From assembly GCA_021203765.1 (NCBI GenBank), contig JAJQAN010000019.1:42822-106821 (forward strand): a stretch of 64,000 nucleotides of DNA. Reading direction: 5' to 3'. This DNA is from Coriobacteriaceae bacterium. GTDB taxonomy: Bacteria > Actinomycetota > Coriobacteriia > Coriobacteriales > QAMH01. Made by a program: the position numbers and the translations under genes. The notes beneath the pieces were generated by a model. That model did no database searches. It was not told the DNA's origin and saw only the letters and a list, made by a program, of their open reading frames with translations. Each line of letters begins with the position of its first letter. Position 1 is the stretch's first letter. Shown here piece by piece: positions 16,190-25,378 of this stretch.

Positions 16190-17509
16190 ATGGCAGTTGG
16201 ATCGTTGGAACAGTCGACGGGAACCGACCCGAAACGGGTCGTCGGCGTCGTCTTGATGTGTGTCTGCTTCGTCCTGCTGAGCCTCGTAGTCGTGGCAAGC
16301 GTCTTCTTTTCCACCTCGATACATCCGGTCGTCACGCTGGTGGCGATCGTCGGCATAGTCGTCCTGGCCATCGTCGCCCTGCGGGTGTCGGGGGATTCGG
16401 ACTACGTCAAGGCCCGCCAGTCCGACCAGACGCTCCACCTCGCCTCCGAGACGGTCACCTTCATGCGGCAGGGCTTGAGCGAGGAGTCCGCCCAGGCCGT
16501 CTGCGAGCTGCTCCTACCCGTCGGCAGTGCGAACGCCGTCGCCATCACCGACCGGGAGATCGTCTTGGGGTTTGCCGGAGCCGACAAGGAAAACCATCAG
16601 CCCAACACGGAAATCCAGACGCAGGTCACCCACGACACGCTTAACGATGGCAAGACCCGTCTGGTGGACACGGCCCAGGCCCTGGGATTCAAGCACGACA
16701 CCGGCAAACTGCAGGCGGCCATCATCGTGCCGCTCGTCGTCAACCGCCACATCATCGGCACCCTCAAGTTCTACTACGCCTCCAACCGGCTCATCGACGA
16801 GACGCAGCTCGCGTTGGCGGAGGGCTTCGCGCAGCTGCTTTCGACCCAGCTTTCCTTAGGGTTTCTCGAACAGCAGACCGAACTTGCCGCGCGCATGGAA
16901 CTGAAGGCCCTCCAGGCCCAGATCAACCCCCACTTCCTCTTCAACACGATCAACACCATCGCCTCGTACACGCGCACCGACCCGGAAAAGGCGCGCGAGA
17001 TGCTACGGGAGTTCGCGGTCTACTATCGCCGCCTGCTCGAAAACTCCGACGACATGATCGAGCTTGCCGCCGAGATCGAACAGACCGAGCGCTACCTGAT
17101 GTTCCAGCGCGCCCGCTTCGGCGAGGAGAGCATCACCATGGAGGTCGAGACCCCCGACGGCCTGGATGCGACACACGTCCCCGCCTTCATCGTCCAGCCG
17201 ATCGTCGAAAACGCCGTCAATCACGGCAAGCGCGAGGAAGGCCCGCTCGACATCCGCATCAAGGTCTATGAATCCGCCGACGATCTGGTCATATCCGTCC
17301 ACGACGACGGGGTCGGCATCAAGCCCGAGTTGATCGACACGGTCGTCGAGAGCGGTTCCGATTCCGGCATGGGCCTGGCGCTCAAAAACGTGCAGGCACG
17401 CCTGAAGGGCTACTTCGGGGAGGAGTCCGGGCTGCAGATCGAATCGGAGTACGGGGAGGGCACGACCGTCTTTCTGACCATGCACGATGCGCTTTTGGAG
17501 GCCGTGTGA
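16190..17509 (+). CDS. LytS/YehU-type sensor histidine kinase (2 TM, GAF-like, His_kinase, HATPase)
   Basis: INPHFLFNTINTIASY (LytS-type H-box), IVENAVNHG, DDGVGI, GMGLALKNV. Two N-terminal hydrophobic helices. Confidence 0.85.
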   Translation: MAVGSLEQSTGTDPKRVVGVVLMCVCFVLLSLVVVASVFFSTSIHPVVTLVAIVGIVVLAIVALRVSGDSDYVKARQSDQTLHLASETVTFMRQGLSEESAQAVCELLLPVGSANAVAITDREIVLGFAGADKENHQPNTEIQTQVTHDTLNDGKTRLVDTAQALGFKHDTGKLQAAIIVPLVVNRHIIGTLKFYYASNRLIDETQLALAEGFAQLLSTQLSLGFLEQQTELAARMELKALQAQINPHFLFNTINTIASYTRTDPEKAREMLREFAVYYRRLLENSDDMIELAAEIEQTERYLMFQRARFGEESITMEVETPDGLDATHVPAFIVQPIVENAVNHGKREEGPLDIRIKVYESADDLVISVHDDGVGIKPELIDTVVESGSDSGMGLALKNVQARLKGYFGEESGLQIESEYGEGTTVFLTMHDALLEAV

Positions 17510-17586
17510 AGCACGCGCCCCTTTCGGCAAAAACGGTGCGCATACGCGACGGTCTTGCCTTGCGGGGCGGCGCCTCGTAGGATAGA

Positions 17587-17595
17587 TGATAGAAT
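17587..17595 (+). promoter_or_regulatory. Extended -10 element TGaTAGAAT upstream of the response regulator gene
   Basis: TGATAGAAT at 17587-17595, in the 110-nt gap between the kinase and regulator genes. Confidence 0.35.
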
Positions 17596-17619
17596 CGACG
17601 CGGAAGGGATGGATTCTGA

Positions 17620-18339
17620 GTGAGCAAGCTACGAGCCATAATCGTTGATGACGAAGCCCCCGCGCGCTCCGAGCTGCGCTTCATGCTCGACGAAACCGGC
17701 GAGGTCGAGGTCGCGGCGGAGGCCACCAACGTGCGCGAGGCGATCGAAAAGCTCAGGGATACCGGAGCGGACGTCATGTTCTTGGATGTGAACATGCCCG
17801 GCGCCGACGGCCTGCAGCTGGCCGAAGCCCTCTCGAAGCTCCAATGTCCTCCCTGCCTCATCTTCGTCACGGCCTACAGCGAACATGCGGTCAAGGCCTT
17901 CGAGGTAAACGCCATCGACTACCTGGTCAAGCCGGTCGAGACCGACCGTCTGCAACAGGCCATCGACAAGGTCAAGCAACACATCGCCGCTGCCGGCAAG
18001 CCGCTGGCAAACGAGCGCATCCCCATCGAAAAGGGCGGCAAGAAGCTGCTCATCCCCACCAACAAGATCCACTTCATCATGGCCAAGGACGACTACTCCT
18101 ACCTGCACACCGACACCGACCGCTTTCTGTCGACGGTCTCTTTGGCCCAGCTCGAAACACGGCTCGAGCCGCTCGGCTTCTTCCGGGTCCATAGACGCTA
18201 CCTCGTCAATCTCGCCTGTGTCAGCGAAGTCGATCCGGTCAGCGGCGGCACGCTGCTGCTCACACTCAACGGCGAAGAGGAAAAGATCCCGGTGTCCCGC
18301 CGGAGGGTGGCCTCTTTGAAGAAGGCCCTCGGCATATAA
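17620..18339 (+). CDS. LytR/AlgR-family response regulator (receiver + LytTR DNA-binding domain)
   Basis: GTG start after GGAAGGGA. Receiver IIVDDE...FLDVNMPG...DYLVKP. LytTR C-terminus FFRVHRRYLVNL. Confidence 0.9.
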   Translation: MSKLRAIIVDDEAPARSELRFMLDETGEVEVAAEATNVREAIEKLRDTGADVMFLDVNMPGADGLQLAEALSKLQCPPCLIFVTAYSEHAVKAFEVNAIDYLVKPVETDRLQQAIDKVKQHIAAAGKPLANERIPIEKGGKKLLIPTNKIHFIMAKDDYSYLHTDTDRFLSTVSLAQLETRLEPLGFFRVHRRYLVNLACVSEVDPVSGGTLLLTLNGEEEKIPVSRRRVASLKKALGI

Positions 18340-18368
18340 GGCGTTTCGACAGTCCATCGACGGGGGAG

Positions 18369-20015
18369 ATGGCTCGCGTGGATTCCGCACTGGTCCCAGA
18401 TGATGTGTACGGGTCGCATGACGGCGTCGCCGACGAGCACGATCACCCCGAAGAAGCCTGTGCCGTCTTCGGCATCTACGCCCCCGACAAAGAGGTCGGC
18501 CGCCTGACGTATTTCGGCTTGCAGGCACTCCAGCACCGCGGACAGGAATCAGCCGGCATCGCCGTTGGCGACGGTGACACCGTCATGGTCAACAAGGATC
18601 TCGGGCTGGTCACGCAGGTCTTCAAGGAAAGCGACTTCGCCGCCCTGACCGGCCAGGTCGCCATCGGACACACCCGCTATTCCACGAGCGGCGGCTCCTC
18701 TTCCTGGGAGGCCTCGCAGCCGCACCTCTCCAACATCGGCGAGGAGATCGTCGCCCTGGCGCACAACGGCACGCTCGTCAACACCGACCGTCTGCGTCTC
18801 GAGCTCATCGAACGCGGCATCTCCTTTCGGAGTACTGCGGATTCCGAGGTCGCGGCCAAGCTCATCGGCTATTTCACGCAGGAGACGAGCCACATGCGCG
18901 AAGGCATCCAAAGGACGATGGAACTCGTCGACGGGGCCTACGCCATGGTGCTCGCCACCAGCTCGGCCCTCTACGCCTTCCGCGACCCGTACGGCATCCG
19001 CCCGCTCGTCATCGGAAGTTTTCCCGATGACGAAGGCTACGTCCTGGCCAGCGAGACCTGCGCCCTCGACATCGTCGGCGCCGAATACCTGCGCGATGTC
19101 GCGCCAGGCGAGGTCGTCCGCGTCGACGAGCGGGGACTTACCTCCGTGCAGGCGCTTCCGCCGGCCAAGCAGCAGGCCTTCTGCATCTTCGAGCACGTGT
19201 ACTTCGCGCGCCCGGACAGCGTCTTCGACGGCGTGACGGTCTATCAGTCCCGCGTGTGGATGGGCCGCCACCTGGCCCTCGAGGCACCTTGCGATGCCGA
19301 TGTCGTCCTGGGCGTTCCCGACAGCGGCATCCCCGCCGCCATCGGCTACTCGCGTGAAAGCGGCATCCCCTATGCGGAGGGCATCGTCAAGAACCGCTAT
19401 GTCGGGCGCACCTTCATCCAGCCGACCCAGGAACTGCGTCAGATGGGCATACGCCTCAAGCTCAATCCGATGCGGGCGGCCATCGAAGGCCGGCGCCTGG
19501 TCGTCATCGACGACTCGATCGTCCGCGGCAATACCTCCAAGCAGCTCGTCCAGATGCTGCGGAACGCCGGAGCCAAGGAGGTCCACCTGCGCATCGTCTC
19601 CCCTGAGATCAAATGGCCGTGCTTCTACGGCATCGACACCGACCGCCAGAAGCAGCTGATCGCGGCGAACAAGGATGTCGAGGAGATACGGGAGTTCACC
19701 GGGGCGGATTCGCTTGCCTATCTCTCGCTTGACGGCCTGGTCTCCTCCATCGGCATGCACGGTGATGTGGACGGGCATGTGCTTGACCCCGGCGCCATCG
19801 GAGAGACCCCCGAAACCCCACACCGTCGGGACTGCACCGACACCGGCTTCTGTACCGCCTGTTTCAACGGCGTCTATCCGGTCTTCATTCCCGACCGGCT
19901 CGCGAAGGACAACTTCCTGGATGGCATCGAGCCGGCGCTAAACGGCAGCGGCAACGCGCGGCAGATGTCCCTCGGGGACACAGACGAGTTGGACGGACCC
20001 GGGGAGTTCCTGTGA
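18369..20015 (+). CDS. purF: Amidophosphoribosyltransferase
   Basis: Propeptide followed by catalytic CAVFGI, HTRYSTSG, PRTase motif LVVIDDSIVRGNTS, C-terminal Cys cluster CTACFNGVYP. Confidence 0.95.
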   Translation: MARVDSALVPDDVYGSHDGVADEHDHPEEACAVFGIYAPDKEVGRLTYFGLQALQHRGQESAGIAVGDGDTVMVNKDLGLVTQVFKESDFAALTGQVAIGHTRYSTSGGSSSWEASQPHLSNIGEEIVALAHNGTLVNTDRLRLELIERGISFRSTADSEVAAKLIGYFTQETSHMREGIQRTMELVDGAYAMVLATSSALYAFRDPYGIRPLVIGSFPDDEGYVLASETCALDIVGAEYLRDVAPGEVVRVDERGLTSVQALPPAKQQAFCIFEHVYFARPDSVFDGVTVYQSRVWMGRHLALEAPCDADVVLGVPDSGIPAAIGYSRESGIPYAEGIVKNRYVGRTFIQPTQELRQMGIRLKLNPMRAAIEGRRLVVIDDSIVRGNTSKQLVQMLRNAGAKEVHLRIVSPEIKWPCFYGIDTDRQKQLIAANKDVEEIREFTGADSLAYLSLDGLVSSIGMHGDVDGHVLDPGAIGETPETPHRRDCTDTGFCTACFNGVYPVFIPDRLAKDNFLDGIEPALNGSGNARQMSLGDTDELDGPGEFL

Positions 20016-21064
20016 GCGACAAGATCGACTACAGGGATGCCGGCGTCGATATCGACGAAGGCGCGCGTGCCGTCGAGGCGATTCGATCGGCGGTCTCCTC
20101 CACGCACCGCCCCGAGGTCGTCGGCGACATCGGCTCCTTCGGCGGCCTGTTCAGCGCTACGACCTTCAAGGACATGGAAGACCCCATCCTGGTCAGCGGG
20201 ACGGACGGGGTCGGCACCAAACTCAAGCTGGCCCAGATACTCGAGCGGCATGACACGGTCGGCATCGATCTGGTCGCCATGTGCGCAAACGACATCGTCA
20301 CCTGCGGCGCCGAGCCACTCTTCTTCTTGGACTACATCGCTTCCGGCAAGCTGAAGAGCAAGCAGATGAAGCAGATCGTCGACGGCGTCGCGGAGGGCTG
20401 CTGTCAGGCGGGCTGCGCCCTTATCGGTGGCGAGATGGCCGAGCATCCCGGTGTCATGGACGAGGCCGACTACGACATCAGCGGTTTCTGCGTCGGTGTC
20501 GTCGACCGACCGCAGATGATCGATCCCGAGCGGGTCGCCGACGGCGACGTCGTCTTGGGACTGGCTTCCTCAGGAATACATTCCAACGGCTTTTCGCTCG
20601 TGCGCCGCGCCGTCACCGACGGCCTGTCAAAACGAGAGCTGCAACGCAAGCGCAAGGAATTGGGCGGTGTCAGCTTGGCCGACGCGCTGCTCGCTCCGAC
20701 GCGCATCTACGTCCGGTCGATTCTGGAGGCCCGGAAGGTAGGTCTCGATCTGCATGCGGTCGCCCACATCACGGGCGGGGGCATCACCGAAAACCTCAAC
20801 CGTGCCCTGCCCGATACCTGCGATGCTCGGATTTCGTTGGGTTCCTGGGATGTGCCGCCGATCATCGACTACGTCGTCGAGGCGGCCGGCCTCGACGTGC
20901 ATGAGGCGCTCACGACCTTCAACATGGGCATCGGCATGTGCGTCATCTGCGCGGCCACCGACGCCGACGCCCTCAAAACGCAACTGACGGCGGACGGCGA
21001 GACGGTCTATACCATCGGCTCGATTGTCGAAGGCGACGGCAAGGTCGTGTATGCGCATGACTAG
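20012..21064 (+). CDS. purM: Phosphoribosylformylglycinamidine cyclo-ligase (AIR synthetase)
   Basis: GTGA overlap with the purF stop. DYRDAGVDID, SGTDGVGTKL, DLVAMCANDI, GGEMAEHPG, HITGGG. Confidence 0.95.
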   Translation: MSDKIDYRDAGVDIDEGARAVEAIRSAVSSTHRPEVVGDIGSFGGLFSATTFKDMEDPILVSGTDGVGTKLKLAQILERHDTVGIDLVAMCANDIVTCGAEPLFFLDYIASGKLKSKQMKQIVDGVAEGCCQAGCALIGGEMAEHPGVMDEADYDISGFCVGVVDRPQMIDPERVADGDVVLGLASSGIHSNGFSLVRRAVTDGLSKRELQRKRKELGGVSLADALLAPTRIYVRSILEARKVGLDLHAVAHITGGGITENLNRALPDTCDARISLGSWDVPPIIDYVVEAAGLDVHEALTTFNMGIGMCVICAATDADALKTQLTADGETVYTIGSIVEGDGKVVYAHD

Positions 21065-21704
21065 GCCGATCAACATAGCCGTCCTCATCAGTGGCAGCGG
21101 CACCAACCTGCAGGCCATCATCGACGCCATCGGGCGCGGGGATCTGGATGCCGTCATCTCCCTCGTGGTCTCTTCCAACCAGACAGCCGGCGGAATTAAA
21201 CGCGCCGAGCGGGCCGACATCCCCTGCCTGATCCTGGAGCCCGCCGACTACGACGACCCCGAGGCCGTCGATACGCGCCTAGTCGAGGCGTTTCGGGAAA
21301 GCGGGGTGGACTACGTGGTCATGGCCGGCTACATGCGGAAGGTCACGCCCGTCCTGCTCGACGCCTTCCCCGATCGTGTCATCAACCTGCATCCGGCGCT
21401 TTTGCCCCGTCATCCCGGCGCGCACGGCATCCAAGACGCCTACGACGCTCACGATGCGGAGACCGGCATCACCATACATTTCGCGAATGCGGAATACGAC
21501 AAGGGCCCGATCATCTACCAGCAGGTCGTCGAGATCCGTCCCGACGAGACGGTCGACGAGCTGGAAGCGCGCATACATGAGGCCGAGCATGCGGCCTATC
21601 CGAAGGTCCTGCAGATGATCGCAGAGGGTCGTGTGCAGGTGGACAAAGACGCCGGCTGCTGCCTGGTGGACGGCAAAGAGGTGCACTCGCTCGTCCACAA
21701 CTAG
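21057..21704 (+). CDS. purN: Phosphoribosylglycinamide formyltransferase
   Basis: Start ATG 21057 or 21051, overlapping the purM stop. VLISGSGTNLQAIIDA, INLHPALLPRHPG, TGITIHF. Confidence 0.9.
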   Translation: MTRPINIAVLISGSGTNLQAIIDAIGRGDLDAVISLVVSSNQTAGGIKRAERADIPCLILEPADYDDPEAVDTRLVEAFRESGVDYVVMAGYMRKVTPVLLDAFPDRVINLHPALLPRHPGAHGIQDAYDAHDAETGITIHFANAEYDKGPIIYQQVVEIRPDETVDELEARIHEAEHAAYPKVLQMIAEGRVQVDKDAGCCLVDGKEVHSLVHN

Positions 21705-21866
21705 GTGCCGCGCGCGCATAAGCGCGACAAATCCCGGCATTTCTGCCCTCCACACCGGTGCGCAAACACCCCTTTTCGATGATTGAACTGCGCTTTTCCT
21801 AAAATCCGAAAATCGCTCGCAAACCGCTCAGACTCCATGTTCCCGCCAAATTGCAAAGTCCGGAAA

Positions 21867-21899
21867 CCGTTCCGATTCCGTCCGGATTCCGTTCCGATT
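21867..21899. repeat. Three tandem 11-bp repeats (CCGTTCCGATT / CCGTCCGGATT / CCGTTCCGATT)
   Basis: Read directly at 21867-21877, 21878-21888 and 21889-21899. Related TCCGAAAATCG at 21806-21816. About 80 nt upstream of the M23 peptidase start. Confidence 0.6.
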
Positions 21900-21977
21900 T
21901 TGAGGGGCGTTTTGTTTAGATTCGCCTGTCATGATGGAGCAGCCACGGAGGAGAGTCGAGACGAAAGGAGCGGGTGA

Positions 21978-23201
21978 ATGAATCTCACAAGCCACCTCTA
22001 CCGTCATCCCTGCAGAGCAGACGTGCAACCCGTGCACGAAGCGCTTCTCTCCGAGTCACCGTACGCATGCCGTCAAAACCGGACTGTAGCTGACAAACAC
22101 ACACATTTGACGCGATGCGTTGCGCTGTTTCTGTTCTGCGTCCTGTTCTTCTCAATCTTCTCTCTTCAACCTGCATTGGACTCGGCCGAAGCAGCGGCAT
22201 GGCCGCTTGCGCAGTCTCGTCTTTCCTCCTCGCTGGCATTCCACGCAACCTATACGGCAGGCGGCAAGGAATACGTCCACAGCGGCATGGACATAGCCGC
22301 CACAGCCGGCAGCACCATCAAAGCTCCCGTCTCCGGAAAGGTCTCGTTCGTCGGAGCGGTCCCCTCGGGCGATTCGCTTGTCACGGGCGGCGGCGCAGGT
22401 CAGACCATGGACGCGGTGTCGATCAAGATGTCCGACGGTCGCACCGTCACCCTCATGCCCTTCCAAAGTACCAGCGTCACCAAGGGCACAAAGGTATCCG
22501 AGGGCAGCAAACTGGGATCTTTGGCGGCGTCCGGGGACCGATCCTCTTCGGCGCCGCACCTGCACATGGGGTTGAAAAAGGGGAGTACCTACTACGACCC
22601 GATGAGCTTGTTCGGGCTTGCAGCGTCCGATACCAATACGGCGGCACAGACGGCGGGGAGCGTTGCGCTTCTCAGCACGCCTGCGGCATCCGCCACCGCG
22701 GGGGAGGCCGCGGAGGGCGCAGGGGCATCGGAGGTAACGACCACCGAACAGGTCACGGAAACGTCGAGCGTCTCGGACGTGACGCTCTCAAGCGAGGTCT
22801 CCGCCCAGGAGGCATCCTCACCTGCCGGCGAGCCGACGGGGGAGGCCTCCGAGCAGTCGCTTGTCGGCGACAGCGTGTCGTCGGGCGACGTGGTCTGGAC
22901 TCCGCAGGATGACGAGGCCACGGCCGCCTCCCCGCTCGCGTGGGCCGGAGCTGCCCTGGCCGGTCTCTACTCCGCCTGCATCGCCCAAGCCTCCGCCTTT
23001 TTCGCTGCCCTGGAGGACCTGGCCGTCCAGATGGGTGTCTCCGTCGTCGCAATCTGTGCCTTCCTTCTCGCAAGCGGTATCGCGGTGCTGGCGGCCCTTG
23101 CGTTTTGCTTCATACATTGGGGCGTTCCGCTCATCAAACGGACCGCCGCCCGTGTGAGGAAGGGTGCGGCGACCACGCTTGTACAAACGGGAGGAGGGTG
23201 A
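21978..23201 (+). CDS. M23 (LytM-type) metallopeptidase, membrane anchored, with a low-complexity Ser/Thr/Ala/Glu region and a C-terminal TM segment
   Basis: AAGGAG 7 nt upstream of the ATG. HSGMDIAA...G..I.APVSGKV and SAPHLHMGLKKGSTYYDP motifs. Hydrophobic segments near both termini. Confidence 0.8.
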   Translation: MNLTSHLYRHPCRADVQPVHEALLSESPYACRQNRTVADKHTHLTRCVALFLFCVLFFSIFSLQPALDSAEAAAWPLAQSRLSSSLAFHATYTAGGKEYVHSGMDIAATAGSTIKAPVSGKVSFVGAVPSGDSLVTGGGAGQTMDAVSIKMSDGRTVTLMPFQSTSVTKGTKVSEGSKLGSLAASGDRSSSAPHLHMGLKKGSTYYDPMSLFGLAASDTNTAAQTAGSVALLSTPAASATAGEAAEGAGASEVTTTEQVTETSSVSDVTLSSEVSAQEASSPAGEPTGEASEQSLVGDSVSSGDVVWTPQDDEATAASPLAWAGAALAGLYSACIAQASAFFAALEDLAVQMGVSVVAICAFLLASGIAVLAALAFCFIHWGVPLIKRTAARVRKGAATTLVQTGGG

Positions 23202-23281
23202 TACCATACTCAGGCTTTATGCTCCTGCTTCGGGCTGAGCCTTCGCGTCCCGAAGCCGTTTAGCCCGAGGGAGGTGAACAC

Positions 23282-23602
23282 ATGAAGGCTTATGAACTGC
23301 TGTATTTTATCAATCCGTCTCTTGACGACGAGCACCGAGAATCCGTCAGAAGCAGAATCGATGCAGCCATCACCGATCAAGGTGGCACGGTCGACAACGT
23401 CGATGAGTGGGGCAAGAAGAAACTCGCCTACGAAATCAACAAGCTGACGACCGGCGATTACACCCTGATTCAATTCCACGCCGATCCGTCCGCCATCGCC
23501 GAAATCGACCGCGTGCTGCACATCATGGATCTCGTCGTTCGCTACAAGATCACCCGTTGCGGAGATCGCGAGCAATCATCAGTTGAGGATCAGGCGGATT
23601 GA
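23282..23602 (+). CDS. rpsF: 30S ribosomal protein S6
   Basis: GAGGGAGG upstream. MKAYELLYFINPSL...WGKKKLAYEI. Confidence 0.95.
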   Translation: MKAYELLYFINPSLDDEHRESVRSRIDAAITDQGGTVDNVDEWGKKKLAYEINKLTTGDYTLIQFHADPSAIAEIDRVLHIMDLVVRYKITRCGDREQSSVEDQAD

Positions 23603-23635
23603 TTCCGTATCTCCAGCTGAAAGGAACGTGTTGTT

Positions 23636-24076
23636 ATGAGTATCAACAAAGTACTGTTTACTGGAAACCTGACGCGTGATGCCGAGCTGCGTAAGACGCA
23701 GAGCGGCACCTCGATTTTGAGCTTCGGCGTGGCCGTCAACGACCGTCGCCGCAATGCGAGCACCGGCGAATGGGAAGACTACGCCAACTTCATCGACTGC
23801 ACGATGTTCGGCAAGCGAGCCGAGGCCGTATCGAAATTCCTGGTCAAAGGCACCAAAGTCTCCGTCGAAGGGCGCCTGCACTACAGCTCTTGGGAGGACC
23901 GCAACAGCGGTCAGCGTCGTAGCAAGGTCGACATCACGGTCGAAGAGATCGAGTTCATGTCTCCCCGCAACGGCTCCTCCCAGTCGGAGGACTTCGTTCC
24001 CGAACCGAGCACCGCCGAGGACATCCCCGAAGCGCCGGCGCCGGCTGCCTACAACGACGAGGACATTCCGTTTTAA
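23636..24076 (+). CDS. ssb: Single-stranded DNA-binding protein
   Basis: OB-fold N-terminus [17 protein letters not shown], acidic C-terminal tip DEDIPF. Confidence 0.95.
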   Translation: MSINKVLFTGNLTRDAELRKTQSGTSILSFGVAVNDRRRNASTGEWEDYANFIDCTMFGKRAEAVSKFLVKGTKVSVEGRLHYSSWEDRNSGQRRSKVDITVEEIEFMSPRNGSSQSEDFVPEPSTAEDIPEAPAPAAYNDEDIPF

Positions 24077-24108
24077 AACGTTTCCAGTCCGTCTACGAGG
24101 AGGAAGAA

Positions 24109-24378
24109 ATGCCTGAGCATGCCCATCGCCCCCGGCGCAAGTACTGCCGGTTCTGCGCGGACAAGGTCGATTACATCGACTACAAGGACACCAAAGAGCT
24201 CCGTTACTACATCACCGATCGTGGCAAGATCAAGCCGCGCCGTTCGACCGGCGTGTGCAACCAGCACCAGCATGAACTTGCCGCAGCCATCAAGAACGCT
24301 CGCGAGATGGGGCTTTTACCCTATACCGTCCAGGTTGCCACCGGCGGCAGCGGCGGACGTCGCAAAAATCGTTCGTAG
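24109..24378 (+). CDS. rpsR: 30S ribosomal protein S18
   Basis: GAGGAGG upstream. [16 protein letters not shown]...[14 protein letters not shown]. Confidence 0.95.
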   Translation: MPEHAHRPRRKYCRFCADKVDYIDYKDTKELRYYITDRGKIKPRRSTGVCNQHQHELAAAIKNAREMGLLPYTVQVATGGSGGRRKNRS

Positions 24379-24531
24379 GCCCGCAGGCCGAAAGCGGACC
24401 GACACCGGACGGCCCTCGCGGTTCGACACGGTGTCGGCTTGTCGCCTGCTGATGGCAGGCGACAGACACGAGGCGCGTACATACATGTAAGCAGTCCCCG
24501 CCATAGTGGGGCACAAGGTAAGGAGAAGCAC

Positions 24532-25263
24532 GTGAAGGTCATCCTGCTGAAGGAACTGAAAGGCCACGGCGGCGAAGGCGACGTCATCGATGTCGCACGC
24601 GGGTTCGCCGTCAACTATCTGCTGCCGCAGGGCATCGCCATCAAGGCGACGCCGGGCGAACTGAAGCAGCTGGAAAACCGCCGCCACAACATCGAAAAGC
24701 GCGAACTGGCGCGTACGACCGACGCCGATGCCATCAAGGAAGCCCTCGACGGCAAGACCATCACCGTCACCGCCAAGGTCGGAGACGAAGGGCAGTTGTT
24801 CGGGTCCATCACGAGTGCCATGTTGTCCGAGGCCATCGCCGACCAGATCGGCGTGACCGTCGACCGCAAGAAGATCGACACCCCCGCACCCATCAAGACG
24901 GTCGGGGAACACCCCGTCACCATCTCCGTCTACCGCACAATCAAAGCCGAGATGACCGTCGAGGTCTTGAACGAGGCCGGCGACACCGAAGTCGCCGCGG
25001 AGGTCAAGGCCGCCGACGACAAGGCTGCAGAGTCTGCCACGGAGGATGCAGAGGCAACGGAGGAGGCCTCCAAGGAGGCCGAGGGCTCCGCGGATGCCGA
25101 CAAGACGGACGCGACCGACACGGACGACGCGAAGGAGGCAGGGGCCGACGAGGCGGACGAGGAAGCCGCCGACAAGGCCGAGGAAACGGCTGCCGACAAA
25201 GCGGACGCGGACGCCGACGACAAGGCAGAGAAGAAAGACGCCGACGCCGACAAGAAGGACTAA
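24532..25263 (+). CDS. rplI: 50S ribosomal protein L9 with a ~95-aa acidic C-terminal extension
   Basis: GTG 24532 after AAGGTAAGGAG. VKVILLKELKGHGGEGDVIDVARGFAVNYLLPQG. The tail is rich in D, E, A and K. Confidence 0.9.
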   Translation: MKVILLKELKGHGGEGDVIDVARGFAVNYLLPQGIAIKATPGELKQLENRRHNIEKRELARTTDADAIKEALDGKTITVTAKVGDEGQLFGSITSAMLSEAIADQIGVTVDRKKIDTPAPIKTVGEHPVTISVYRTIKAEMTVEVLNEAGDTEVAAEVKAADDKAAESATEDAEATEEASKEAEGSADADKTDATDTDDAKEAGADEADEEAADKAEETAADKADADADDKAEKKDADADKKD

Positions 25264-25312
25264 CGTGTAAGCTTCAGGCGGCACCGGAGCGGGCCGCCTC
25301 CCACAGCACCTG

Positions 25313-25347
25313 AAAAAGCCGAGGCGATGGACCTCGGCTTTTTTGTT
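25313..25347. terminator. Bidirectional Rho-independent terminator (rplI on +, HAD gene on -)
   Basis: AGCCGAGG (25317-25324) / CCTCGGCT (25332-25339), flanked by an A-run upstream and a T-run downstream. Confidence 0.7.
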
Positions 25348-25378
25348 TCGGCTTCGGATGTGTTCGTGCGGATCGGCC

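Noticed and set aside
15016-16644. 542-aa Arg/Pro-rich ORF in an alternate frame across the GT-like and kinase genes
   Set aside because: It is an extreme Arg/Pro/Gly composition artefact of reading a GC-rich gene out of frame, and it spans two real genes.
21705-21977. Cyclic-di-AMP (ydaO-type) riboswitch in front of the M23 cell-wall hydrolase
   Set aside because: Apart from a chance AGCGGGTGAATG near the SD, the conserved ydaO elements as I recall them are absent (for example ACCCGACAGCTAAC-like segments and the pseudo-twofold helices). The region is better described by short tandem DNA repeats.
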